IMG/VR virus record: IMGVR_UViG_3300028886_000055
Coordinates: 1 to 64,000 of that record
Direction: 5' to 3' (one strand)
DNA from: a virus
Taxonomy: Duplodnaviria > Caudoviricetes
DNA length: 64,000 nt
The translations under genes and the position numbers were made by a program. The notes below the pieces were generated by a model. The model searched no databases, had not been told where the DNA came from, and saw only the letters and a program-made list of their open reading frames with translations. Positions 21,401-34,900 of this stretch are shown here, piece after piece; the stretch's first letter is position 1; each line of letters begins with the position of its first letter.

Positions 21401-24400
21401 AAGGAATAGGAATTGTCCTTGATTTTTCAAATTCTTCTACATTTGACATTATGAAGAATGGAGACCATGTATACAATAAACCAGAATCTTTAATTGATAA
21501 AGCCATAGCATACGCTTTATCAATATCATAATCAGAACCCTGAATCCAAGTCTGAAAATGTGATACTTGAATTTGATTGCTATCTGTGTCTAAGAATCCC
21601 ACTACACGCATTTTCATAAACGATTGTTGCGTCTATGCTGGAATACGAGCCACTATTAATTTTAACGATTCTTTAAATGAATTACAAATAGATCTCGCTT
21701 TATTTTCATCCATCTAAAATGCATCATTAATAGTTGTTATAATTGAAGTTTTAGTAATTTCATCATCTTTTAACTATTCCATAATCTATTTATGATTTTT
21801 AGGAATTCTAAGATGTGATTTTTCTTCTAATTCGGTGAAGAAATCGAGTAATGTATTTTTATCTATTTTAGTATGCTAATTTATTATTAACGATTCATTA
21901 TCTTTAGAATAAATTTTAGAGGCAGCTTTAGCATCTACAGCATAATATATTGTTTCATTAGTGTTACCTGGAGATAATATTTGCATTACACAATCTTCCC
22001 AAACAGGTTCTTGTTTAGTAGTACCGTCTTTCTAAATGACTTCTTTTGTAATAACTTTTCCATCCTTATCACGTTTAACTCTACTTCTAGGATAAAGATT
22101 ATTTCCATTAGCATCCTATACCCATTGAAATTCTCCATCATTATGTACATATACATAATTTACTGGTATTATCTTACTTTCATCAGGTTTAGTAAATGTG
22201 ACATAAGTATGTTTTCGTGTAGAATTAGTAAAACATAGATCCCAACCTCTTTCTATTGCAGGCTAATTTGCTTCTCTAAATCTTTCTAAGAAAAATTTAT
22301 AATCTTTCTCTATAATATCTGCAATACTATCACCAGCTCTTAATTTAAATTGTGTTGCAAAAATTCTAGGAATCTTTGCTTCATAATCGGTAATTCTTAA
22401 TGTATTCTTTTGATAAGGATGTAATTTTCCATCTTCTCCAGTAAATAATCCATTATATACATTATTTAATTCCTACTAAATTGCTCTTTCTGCTAACTTC
22501 TTTTCTAATTCAGAACTATCTTCACTTTGTAAAATTTCGATATTTTTCTTTATAATAGGTAATAACCATAAGTTTCTACGAGTACCTTTAATAGTTTTAG
22601 TTTCACCTTCTATAGTTATTACGTTTCCACTATTTTCTGTAACTGTAAATACCCACTATCCATCTTTATTATACTATTGATTAATAGTTCCAGTTATTAT
22701 TCCAACTTTTTTAGTCTTATCGTTTATAACTTTTAGGCCTTCTAATTTTCCATCCGCATTATAAACTAATTCATAAGAACTATTTTGAAATATCTTTCTA
22801 GGCTCAGAACTAACAACATTTTTAATAACAAATTCTTGTCTATTAGAATCCTTAAAAGAAATAGTAGTTGGCTATAGATCCCTAGGTGTTGAATAATCAA
22901 CAATAAATCCTTCATATTTATCAGGATTACTATATTCATATAAAGTATTAGGATTATCTATGTATACAGATTCTATATTAGCTGGATGATTCAAATCCTA
23001 AATATAAGTTTCTGAAGTTGGATTATATATTCTAGGAGTACCTGTATCATCTTTTTTTATAATAAATACAACCTAACCTAACTATAATTCGCTAGGAGTT
23101 TTAACAACATCTTTTTTTCCAGCAACGTAACTTTTAATCGTTGCGTGTTTGATAAAGTTTTTAAAATTCTAAACAACCTATCTATTTGGATCTTCGAACT
23201 AATTTTCTCCAAATTCTGGTCTTGCTTCTGGTTCTGTTTGAACATACTAAATAATTAATGTTAGAATATCTTTAACCTATGCTGGTAATGTTTCACTTAT
23301 GTTAATTACTCCATTTAAATCATAGATATTTTTAACAATTTTATATAGTTTACTTAATACATCAATATCAGGATATTTCTAATCTTCCGTTATTAAAGGG
23401 TTGTTTCCATCTAAAACCTATGTTATAGTATTATTTTTATTGTCTAATGTAACTTCTAATTTTCGTGGATATCTTTTACCATCTTTGTCAAAAGCATATC
23501 CTAAATCCTAGCTATAAACATTTCCTTGATTATCTACATTATTTATCCAAGCTAACATGTCAGAGAAACTCCTAATTCCAGATCCTGGAATATTGAAACT
23601 TTTAGTCCAACCAAAAGATGGAACCATAATTAATCCAGATCCTGGAAATTTACGTTTAATAGCTACAGCATTTATATTAGATATTATAGTAGTTACAGCC
23701 TAAACAAATGCACTAGCTTCTGAAAATGGAAGAATCATATCATCGATATTAAATTCACCTTTCGCTTTATTAAATAAATCCTATAATGCTAAAATATGTT
23801 CTTGATACAAACTTACAGCACCGTCTTTATGTTTAAAGTTTTTAATTAATATTTTACCAATAATTTTATATAATTCTTCTTTTCTTCCAGATACTTTTGC
23901 AAAATTTTCTAAAGCTCTTAATAACTCGAGTGTTTTTGCAGCAGATATTTTTGCTAAAGTTTCATATATAGTTTTTGCCTATTTGAAAGATGTACCTTTT
24001 TCTACTAATGCAGATATAACCTAAGTAAATTCAGTGAGTGTAGATTCACCATCAGTAACTAAATGATCATAATCCTAAACCATTAAATATCCAGAAGTAC
24101 GTAATGTCATAGTATTCAATTCTGTAGGATCTTTACTATTCCACATACTTTTAGGATTAATATTAGCAGCTCCGTTTTTAATTGCAGAATTATTTACTAA
24201 TGATGCTATAAACTTACCTTTTAAAGGCTAATATGTATTACTCTAGGTCTAATAATTTTCTGTTGTAGCTTCTCCTACACGTTCACCTTCAGTAACATAT
24301 GTTCTACCTATATTGTTTACATAATTGACTAAAGTATATAAAGATGTATCTCCATATACAAATTCACCATTTATGAAATTTTCAGAAAAACATCCGCCAA

Positions 24401-27400
24401 GAATTTTATATAATTCCCATAAACTATTTATAGTTACAGTTTCTGTTGTTACAGTATCGTCAATTGCCTTTACTTTACCATTACTATTAAACACTTGTAC
24501 TTTTTCAATAGTATATCTATGGTCTCCTTCAGCTTTTTTAATACTTCTTAATTGATAGTGTCTTCCATTTTCATAATAATAAATAGGATTTCCATCACTC
24601 ATGTCAGATACATTGATTGTTTCCTATTGTAAATTCTTAGTAAGATCTATTTTCCAAGTATCGTAACGTATGAGATTACCTTCATTATCGTATATAGGAA
24701 CGTCTGTAACTTTTCTTCGTTCTGTCCTAATAGGTTTTCCGTTTTCATCTTTTTCTAAAACTTGAGTATATTCTGGAATAGCATCTAATCCATCTCCATA
24801 TTCTTCATCAAATTTTAAATCAGTCATCAACTAGAATAACCTTAAAAGATTTGCAGAGTTAGGACCTTCATAATTTAAAGAATCACGTATTGTTTTATTC
24901 ATCATTGCAAATGATGCGTATTTTATTAAAATATTTGATCCATATTCACCATGCTAATCTCTAACAATACTTTTTATTACATCTTTGCCAGCACAATCTT
25001 GCTAAGATAACTAAACTAATAAAGTAAATATAGGATTTGTAATTGCAGATCCATCGTTCCCGTCTAATTCTTCTGTTTTTCCTAAGATGTTAAACGCAGT
25101 TGCTTGTAAATCTTCCATTATGGCAATTCTAACTTTTGGAGGAACTCCCTATATATCATCTTGTAATAGAAGAACTCCAGGAACACCTAAATCAACAGTT
25201 CGTTTAAAAGAAGAGTTAGTTCTTGCTGACTCTTCCATAACCATTAAATCATTCCAACTAGTTGCTGTTGAAGCGTATTTTTTTAATTTACCGGTACCGT
25301 GACCTATTTCAGATCCAGATGAAATTCCTTTTAGATTTTGAATCAATAAATAGTTACTATAAAAATATCGTTCTATTATAGGATTAATAGTACAACTTCT
25401 ATTTAATCTATTTTTATCAAACACTGGATTACCATCACTATCTTTTGCTAAAATTATATAACCAGTATTTTCATCAATCCATTCATCAGCTAAAGTTACA
25501 GTATCCTAAGATTTTTTCCCTTCTTGAAGCTTTATACCATTAGCATCAAATGATTCAAAAATCTATTTAAGTGAGTTATCTTCACTAGGTAATAATTTAA
25601 AATCTGTAGATAAATCTTTAACGTATTCAATAATTTGGCTTCTAAACTAGGCATCTATATTATTAGTACCTTCTGCAAACAGATATTGAGAGTAATGATA
25701 TATTTGATAGTTAATTCCATATTTAAATCCAGGAATATAAGATTTAGAATAATGAATTTCTTTTATAAATTTTTCATTTATATTGTTAGCACATTTATTT
25801 AAAACTGATATTCTTTCATCTGTAGCTGCTAACATAAAACCAGCAAATACTTCATAACTCCAAGTATTAATATCTGTGATGCTTGCATTTTGTATAGCAG
25901 ATACAAATTCCATTAGTTTTGATTTAATATCTGCATTAGCAACTCCAGTAACAGATATATTTTTAGCATCTTCTATCCAACGCTTAAAAATATCAGGATT
26001 AGTTTCAGCTAAATTACGTATTATATTTCTATAACTATTAACTATATTTTTACCAATTTGTCTATACTATTTCCCAACTGTATTTTGAATAATAGTTTTT
26101 AATTGAGCTATAGGAATAGTTCCAAAATCAATATACTACTAAGTACCATTAATAGTAAATTTAAGTTTATTTTTTGGTATTTTGAAATTAGGAATTGTAG
26201 TTTTATCAGCATAAGTAATATGATGTATATAAACATCAGTAGCATCTGAATTAATTAAAGGTAATAAAAATCTATTAAATAAAGCATCGTAATTCAATTC
26301 TGCAGCAGACATTTCCGATACTTTTTTAGTTTTACCGAATTGATTAGTTGCGTCTACATAAACTCTTGGAGGTTCTAGTAGTAATGAATTAGCACCATGT
26401 TCAGTAAAAAATAAATTATCATTTAAAACTCCAATATTTTCCTCTTTATATCCACGTTTTGATTTTACTTTACGTTTAGTGTCTCGTAATATATCTAACC
26501 CGTAATGATATAAATGATTTATCATAGTAAACTATCTAGTCATTGGTAATTTATTACCTTGTTTATCAGTCACATATCTAAAATGTCTTCCTAATATATC
26601 ATTATATGCTTCTGCTAATAAATTTATGGGTAGAGATGCTTGTCCCCATATAAACTTAATACTATCAGATCCTTCATTATAATAATCAGATACTTTACCG
26701 TTTACAAAACCTATTGTTGAATTTAAAAATTTTGTAATTTCAAATTCTGGATTATCTTTTCTTATATCATTAATTTTATTTACAAGCAATATATTTCTCG
26801 CAGAAATATTAAGTAATTCTGAAATACCCTACTGGATAACTCTAATTGTAGCAGTATCTTTATTACCTGTATATCCATACATCTAAAGCCACTATAATAA
26901 AATAGGTAGCTCTTCTCCGGCTAAATCTACTCCTGGAAGTAAATCAGTTATTGCTTCTAATAATTTTAAAGTTATTAAATAACCTTTATTATTTGGATCT
27001 GTTAAATCTAAATTGCCTATTTTAGTTACTTTAGACTACGTATTACGTTTTGTTGTAAAATATTCTCTAATTTCTTTTATTGATGGGAATTGTAAAGATA
27101 ATTCTTCCTTATCAATATCTTTTTCTACAAACTTTCCAGTTTTTTCATCTTTTACTATTTCTGTTTTCTATCCTTCTGTAAATATTTTAAGATTTGTAAA
27201 AGTTGGATTCCCATCAACATATTCTACAATCTATATTCTTTCATCATTAGAAATATTAGTAGTAGTTATACCATCAGATAACCTTTTAGGATTTATTAGT
27301 AACTATATAGATTCTTTCTCGTTTAACTTTAAAGTTAGAAATATACCACCAGATGCTTTTCTTAAACTATTTGGAGATTCTTTTGGGATAGGATTTCCAT

Positions 27401-28988
27401 CAGAATATTTAGATTCTTCCTTATAAAAACTTAAATTATATTTATTTATGTTTCTTTTTATCGTTTTTGATGTTTTTAAAGCTTGGCTTGAAGCAGCATC
27501 AAATTGAATTCTAGTTCTCTAAATATTACCTGTATTTAAATCTTTCACAACAGTTATACCTAATTTAGAATCAAATTCTACCTACACATAATCAGTTTTC
27601 TCGTTCCTTAATATAGCTCCTACTAAAGTAGATACAATACTAAACTATGTATTAACTTTTGATCCATATATTCTATTTCTATGTTCAATTTTCATTAAAG
27701 AATAAGCTCCATTAAAGAATCTCTAATATATAGAATTAAGTATGATTCTGTCACTATCAGTCAGATGAAATGCGGATTGATAATTTTTAGTAGGTCTTGT
27801 TAAAATTCTCAATATTTTTAACATACTACTTACTGGTTTTCTAGGTAAATTCTAAATTGGCTCTAATATTTCTTTAGCATCCTCTAATGATCTGACATTT
27901 TCCAAATTAGTTACTAACTTAATTTTATGAAACGCCATCATTACATCATCATAAGTTACATAACCGTCCTATTTTCCATTTAAGTCAATCTTAGGTGTGC
28001 CCTCGATTAACATCTTTCCGAGCACACCCATTTGACTTTCACCGTCATCCATTCTATCAGTTCCAAAAGGTTTCTTAGTTCCTCTATCTAAACTTATAGA
28101 ATAAACATTATCTTTTAATCCTGCAAATAATACTCCTTTATTTATACTTAATAATTTTGGAAATTTTTCATGTACAAAATTATCAAATCCCATACTTTTT
28201 CCATCAGAACTTAATAATATAAATGCTTTTAATGCTCGAATTCTTTTTTTAGCTTTAGGTGAATTATCATATGCATCTAAATATAATTCGTTCATTTTTG
28301 CATCATTATAGTGTTTGTTTGCAAGATTTATTATTTCATTATACCATTTTAGACCGTCAGCACTAATATTGCCAACTGAATTTAATAAACTGTCTGGTTT
28401 AACAGGAATAGCTATTCCAGAATCTTCAAGATAATTAGCAAGATCTGTTAATAGTTCTATTTTATAATCTCTAATAGCTCTATTTAACTCTTTAGGATTA
28501 TTAATAAGAATTGTACGAGTATCATAGTCTACAATCAATTTGTCAGATAATTCTTGTTTTATTTGTTCAACAATGCGAGTTTTGAAATTAATTCTATCCT
28601 TGAAAAGATCTCTCAATCTTTCATTTAATGACTATAATAACTCTGGTTCTTCATAATCCTAGTTATCATTACTTGTTTTATCTTCGTCTATATTTTCTCT
28701 ATTTTCAGATTCAGTTTTTGTAGGAATATTTTCCTCCACATATTGTCTTAAAGCATCTCTATAAGCATCTTCAGGACTTCTTCCAGGATCTATGGCTCTT
28801 ATTATATTCTTTATAGCAAGAACCTCTTCAGGATCGCTTAAGTTAGAATCTGAAAAAAACTTATCAAAAACTTTCTTTGCTATAACATTAGGATTATTTT
28901 CATCCGAAAATGCAATTTCGCAACTTATATCATCCTGTAAATTTGAGAGTTCCTCATCAGTTAAAAATTTTATACTCTTACAACTCAT
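18486..28988 (-). CDS. virion-associated two-barrel RNA polymerase (~3500 aa, TAG=Gln)
   Basis: Thirteen fragments share one frame. Catalytic GSDYDIDK (DxDxD, 21519-21533) is preceded by VARIPA(Q)TQQSF. ELDGNDGSAITNP and KRKFPG segments present. crAss-like vRNAPs such as phi14:2 gp66 have DFDID. Confidence 0.9.
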
Positions 28989-28992
28989 ATTA

Positions 28993-31900
28993 TTATAAAT
29001 TTACAAATTTGCAACTCAAAGAGTCTTGTGTAATAACTCTGTGTACTAATTTTCCATATACTTTTATTGACATGTTATTAGTACTCATATAAATAATTCT
29101 TAAATCTCTAAGAAACTTCATTAAATCATTAACTCCAAGTTTATCTAAACTAATTACTATTCCTGGAACAGCTTTATTTAAAACTTCCATAACTCTGTTC
29201 CAAGCATCTAACGTATTTGAATTAGTAAGATCAAACTAATCTTTATTATCTTCTTTTATAAAATTTAAAGCATCCTTAAAGATTTGATCAATTTCATTAT
29301 TATAAATTCTATGTTCCCCTTTATTCTATAAACTTTCTTCACTAAATGTAATTACGTTAGTAGTTTCAGGGCTACCATCGATATGTAATAGCTATTTTGC
29401 TCCATCTGACGTAATATTAAAACTTTTCTAGATTCCATCTTCAATATATGTAAAGAATCCGTTTTCTAGTGTTATAGATTGTTCTCCGATAAATTTAGCT
29501 AAAGTTTCTCTAGTTTCAATTTTAATAGACCTATCTGTATTATCTGTTATAATATTTATCTTTATAGGAGCTTTAGTACCATTACGTTTAATGAATCTAA
29601 ATAAAGTACTTTTATAAGTAAAAATTTCTGCAAGTTTATTTCTAAAAGTAAATAATAAATGTTTATCAGGATCTCGATCATTTCTAAATAATTCTTCTAA
29701 CTAATCTTTAGGATATCTAGATTTAGTTTCAAGTATATTTTTATCTCGTGCATCAAAAGACTAAAGCCAAGCATCCTTTATTGATTTTAAAAATTTCTTT
29801 TCATCTTCATCTGCATCTTCTTCAGTAATTCCGAGATCTTTTAGAAAATCAGTTACAGATTTAGGTAATTCTGCTTTACTATATCTACTATCTGGAGCTT
29901 TTACATCAGCAGCTTCTTCCATCTCTAACTCTACAACCATGTTCGGATCCTAGATCAATACATTTACTTTAAATTGTTCTAAATAATTTAAACTAAATAA
30001 AGGTCTATATTTTTTCTATATAGTTTCACTTCCAGAAGTATCTTTTTCAATTTTGGCATGATAAAATACACCATAAGGAAAACGTACAAATTTTTTAATA
30101 GTATCTCCTATACCAGTTTTGTCTCTATCAAGTGAATAATTAGAATATATTGTGTCTCCCACATATTTCTTACCATGAAACATGATGTTTAGCATACTAT
30201 TAAATATATTTATTCCAGCAACATTTAATTCTCCATCATTAATAGCACGCATTTTACTAGGAAGTATATTATCTGCCATATCTCTGAATGCTTCAATATC
30301 GGCTTCTACTATACTCTATGTTGTTACATCAGAACTAGTATCTTCAAAAACATCATGTTCTCCACTATTTTCTCTAGTTATATTAACTCTACGTATTGCT
30401 CTATATGCCTAAGATAATAAAGTAATCATTAAATTACCTTTTGCAATTTGCAGTTCCGTACCGTTTATATCAATATGTCCTGCAGCAACTGATTTAATTT
30501 TATCTCCGATCATTACTTGTTTATGACCTTCTATTAATTCAGTTTTAGACATAGATGCTAAATTAGAAGATATACCGTATGTACCTCCAACTAAATCAAT
30601 TATATCATCTAGTAATCCGACCCACAAGTCTAAAACTTCTTTGCTTTTAATTAATACTCTATTACTTCTAGAACCTATTGCAATTGCAGTATCCTAACTA
30701 GTAACTAACTATACTATTCCATTTTTTCCAATAGTACCATTCCATTCACTATCAGGTTTATGAGCTAATTTCTCCTATAAACTTATAAGTTCTGCACGCC
30801 AATTCCAAATGCTAGTAAACATATTAATACCAGTCATATTAGAAGCCTAAGTATCCAAAAATTTAGCAAGAGATTGACCTTCAAGGCTATTTATTACTTC
30901 TTTTTGTATATCAAATAATCCACGAGTGATTGTACCATTACTTCTAAAACTGGTAACCCACTATCCTTCAAAATCAAGAATTACTTTTCTAATTTGTGCT
31001 CCAGTTTTACCGCCAGCTTTATTCTATTCATAAAGTTTTGGCAAATCTTCAGGTTGAATTTTAATCCACTTTTCTTCAATTTCATCCCAACGATAATGAT
31101 CATTTGTTACAAACATTACAGGTTTACCTGCATATCGTCTTTCATCAGGATCTTCATTAGCACTACTTACATAAATCGGACTTGTTATTGCATTAGGATT
31201 AAGTTTTTTAAACTATTCCATGTTATAAAAAGTCTCACTGCCTAATCTATGTAAATTAGTAAAATTTGTTGGAGGTTGTGCTTTAACTTTTATTTCAATT
31301 TCAGGATTACTTGAATTAAGTTTTGCTTTTTGTTCTGCAATATAATTAGCGTAAGCTCTTGCATCAGCTCTACTTTCTATTGTTTTTGCCCCAGCTATCC
31401 ATGTTTCTGGATCAGCTATTGCGCCTAACGTAATTCTTTTTTTGCCATATCTTGTATTAAATTCATACACTAGCTATCCAACAATTTTATCTAAATTAAA
31501 ATCAGGGATAGGTGTTATTGGTTTATCGCTATTATTAAATTCATGTTTTAATACGATTTTAAATTCTCCACTCTAATCATTAATAGCTGCGTATAAATCA
31601 TTTACAATATTAGAAGCTTCATCAGTTTCATCATCAGGATCTGGAAATAAGTCATTGTTATCTAATATTATTTGATTAAGAATCTCGCTAGCTTCTTCTA
31701 AATTATGATATAATAAAACACTCTTTATTTGTAAAAATACTTTTTCTATTTTTTCCTTATCAGAATTTTCAGAAAATAAACTCTAAAGCATTTGTAAATC
31801 TCCGTTCTCATCACCCTATCTAGTATAAAATCCATAAGTTCTTATCTTATTTTTAATAATTTTTCCTTCTGAATTTTTTTCTACTTCTATTTCTGGTGTA

Positions 31901-34900
31901 GGATCAGTTAATGGTGTTTCCTCTTCTTTATCGTTTATAACAGGATCGTCCTCCATTTTTTCAGAATTTCTATTATAATCTGATAATTTAGTTTCTATTA
32001 ATTCTAAAATTTTTAATTCCGAATCAGGTACATCAGTTTTTTCATTTATATGTTTTTCAAGAGAATCCTTAAAGGTAGTAAAATTTGATAATAAATCATC
32101 ATAATCATCTCCTAAAAATGTTTTAAATTCTGGAGATTCGAGCCATCCGTCAATTACTTGAGCACGATCTTTTATTATTCCTAATTTAGTAATTAAATCT
32201 GAGGTTTTTGAAATTATTTCTTCAAACTATGCACGAAGTTTATTGATTTCATCTAATAAATGGTCAAAATCAGCATCATCTTTTACTTGCTTATTTATTT
32301 CACCTAACTGTTGAAGTAAATTATCTTTATTAGTACGACTTATTTCTGAATTCTCTATATCAGTAGTAAGTTGAGTTATGGCTTTTGTTACTCCTTCTAA
32401 GTCTGCAGTAATGACTGGTGGTGTTGGAGGAATTGGTGAAGCAGATTTATAATCTTCCAATTGATTAATACTCTCCGCTAATTCTTCTAATCTTTTATCA
32501 GACAATTCTTTTAATTTTTCTGCAAGTTTATCTGCATCAAGACTTTTTTCAACATAAGATGTAGGTATAGTTTTTAAATTTGGAAAAATCTTAGTTAAAT
32601 TTTTATCAACAATTAACGTTCCAGTTTCTGAACGAGTTAACATTGTATATAGATTTGAAACATAATCACTTATATCAGATCCATGTTTTTCAAAATTGAT
32701 GTCTACTATAACGTAAGGTGCTTCCAAACCCTATACTTTATCTGGAGTTAAAGACTAAATTTTTTCAGAAAATTCCGATTTTAATTTTGTAATTATAGGA
32801 TTTTCACTTTCATCATAAACATATATTAACTATTCTCCAGTTGCAAGTAATTTTCTGATTTTTGATTCTTCTAAACTAGAAACAATTTTTTCACCTGATA
32901 ATGGTTCATCTTCTCCTTCATAGTATAACAATGGCTTGGTATCAAACAATATTTGTAGATCATTCTATATTTTAGGAATAGTCGTCTTGTTTATTTCCTA
33001 ATCTGCATAACTAGCCATTGTTACAAGAACCTCTCCATTTTTGCGTTTCTAAATAGTTTTAGAACGCATACTTACACTTAATTTAGGAGCTTCTATAAAG
33101 AAAGCATTAAATCGATTTGGATTTTCTATTCGTTTAACTTCTTTAGAATTATCTTTATATTCATAACCATTCTAAAAAGAATCTCCGGAAAAATTTACAA
33201 TTATATTTAATTTCTATGCTAATGCAGATAATATCAAACCTGTAGCAATATCTAAATGAGTATACTCATCAACAATAATATTTCGAATTTTATCAGTATT
33301 TCTAAATTTTATTTTTGATAATAATTTTTCTAATTTTGTTTCATAAGTATCCTTATCAAAAGAAAACAACTTACTATTTTCTTTATTTTCAATATATTTC
33401 TTGAATTCTGCAAATTCTTCAGGATCTAAAATATGTTCAATAAAAGATTCTATAGTAAACTATTTTTCTGCATTAATTATACTATTCGCATTTTTGACCT
33501 ATGTATCATAAGGAGCAATTACATACGTATCAGTTCTAGCTTTATCTACATAATTACATTGTAGTTCATTTAATATAACTAGCATGGTTGTTTTTCCAGC
33601 ACCGCCTACACCGTTTACTCCAAATATATTAAGTAGTCTATGTAATTTTGTTTCAATAGGTCCTGGAACTTTATCAAATATTTCACTACTACTTACAAAA
33701 TCTTTAAATAATTCTTTGTTTTTAGAAAAAGCTGTACCTAAAAATAATAAATGTTCCTAAGCAGGTAGTGGTACTTTACTATATTTTGGCAATACAGATT
33801 GATAAAGTTGGTTAAATTCTTTTTTAGGTAAAGATATTACCGCAAATAAATAGTTTGCAACATCTATAGGCATTAAAGATTCAGTATGCTAATCAATTAT
33901 AGTAGACTATCTTAAAGATAAATCTCGTTTGTTAAAAATTTTTATAACTTGCGGGACAATTATTTTTGCTAATTCTACATCCGATAAACCAGTTTTATCT
34001 TTTATGTATAAATAATTGTTAGCAACTTTCTATTCAAGTTCATCTAATTCAAGTCTTCCTGATTCATCAACATCTTCTTTATCAATTAATTTCTAAAGGA
34101 TAGGCGTATCTATATCAGAAATGCCATCAAATAATTTTATACCATTAACTTGAATAGAATGTAATTCACTATAGTCTCCAACTCCTTTTAATACGCTACC
34201 TAACATTCTATTTAGATTCTATCCTGTTTGTTTTTGGGCATTTAAAGAATTTGCAGAATTTAAATTAGATATTCTTTTGAGAAATTCTAACTATGTTCTT
34301 AACTAGTTTATATCACCTTTCATCATTTCTGCTAAATCCGATCTAATTATTCCTAGCTATTTAATACCAGATAATTTAGATATAAAATCATTATATATAG
34401 CATTATGTCCATAAAGTTTATTTAAAGATAACTCTTCACTAGATGCTGCGTTTATTAGAGATTCAACTATATCTAAAGCAGTTAATGCAGATTCTATTTC
34501 TTTCATCTAGACATTATCTAGTTCAAAACCTTCAATACTAGATTTATCAAGAATCCCATTTAATTTTTCTAGTAAGTCAAACACTGTAGAATTTGTACTA
34601 CCTGTTTCAACCTAAATTTGCTTTAAAAATTCGTATAATGGACTGTTTTTAACTGTAGATAACTCAGAATCTAATTCTTTCTATAATATATAATTTTCAG
34701 TATTTCTTGCGATTTCAGAAAATGCTAAAACAGAAGATATTATTTTATTTTTTACATCTTCATAAAGCTAAAATTCATAATCATCTGCCTAATCTAATTC
34801 TAAAATTGCTTCAAATGTACTAAATAAATCTCTAATATTATTTTCTATTTCTGCATCATTATCTCCGTTTATTTTATCGATTATTTTCTATATATCATTA

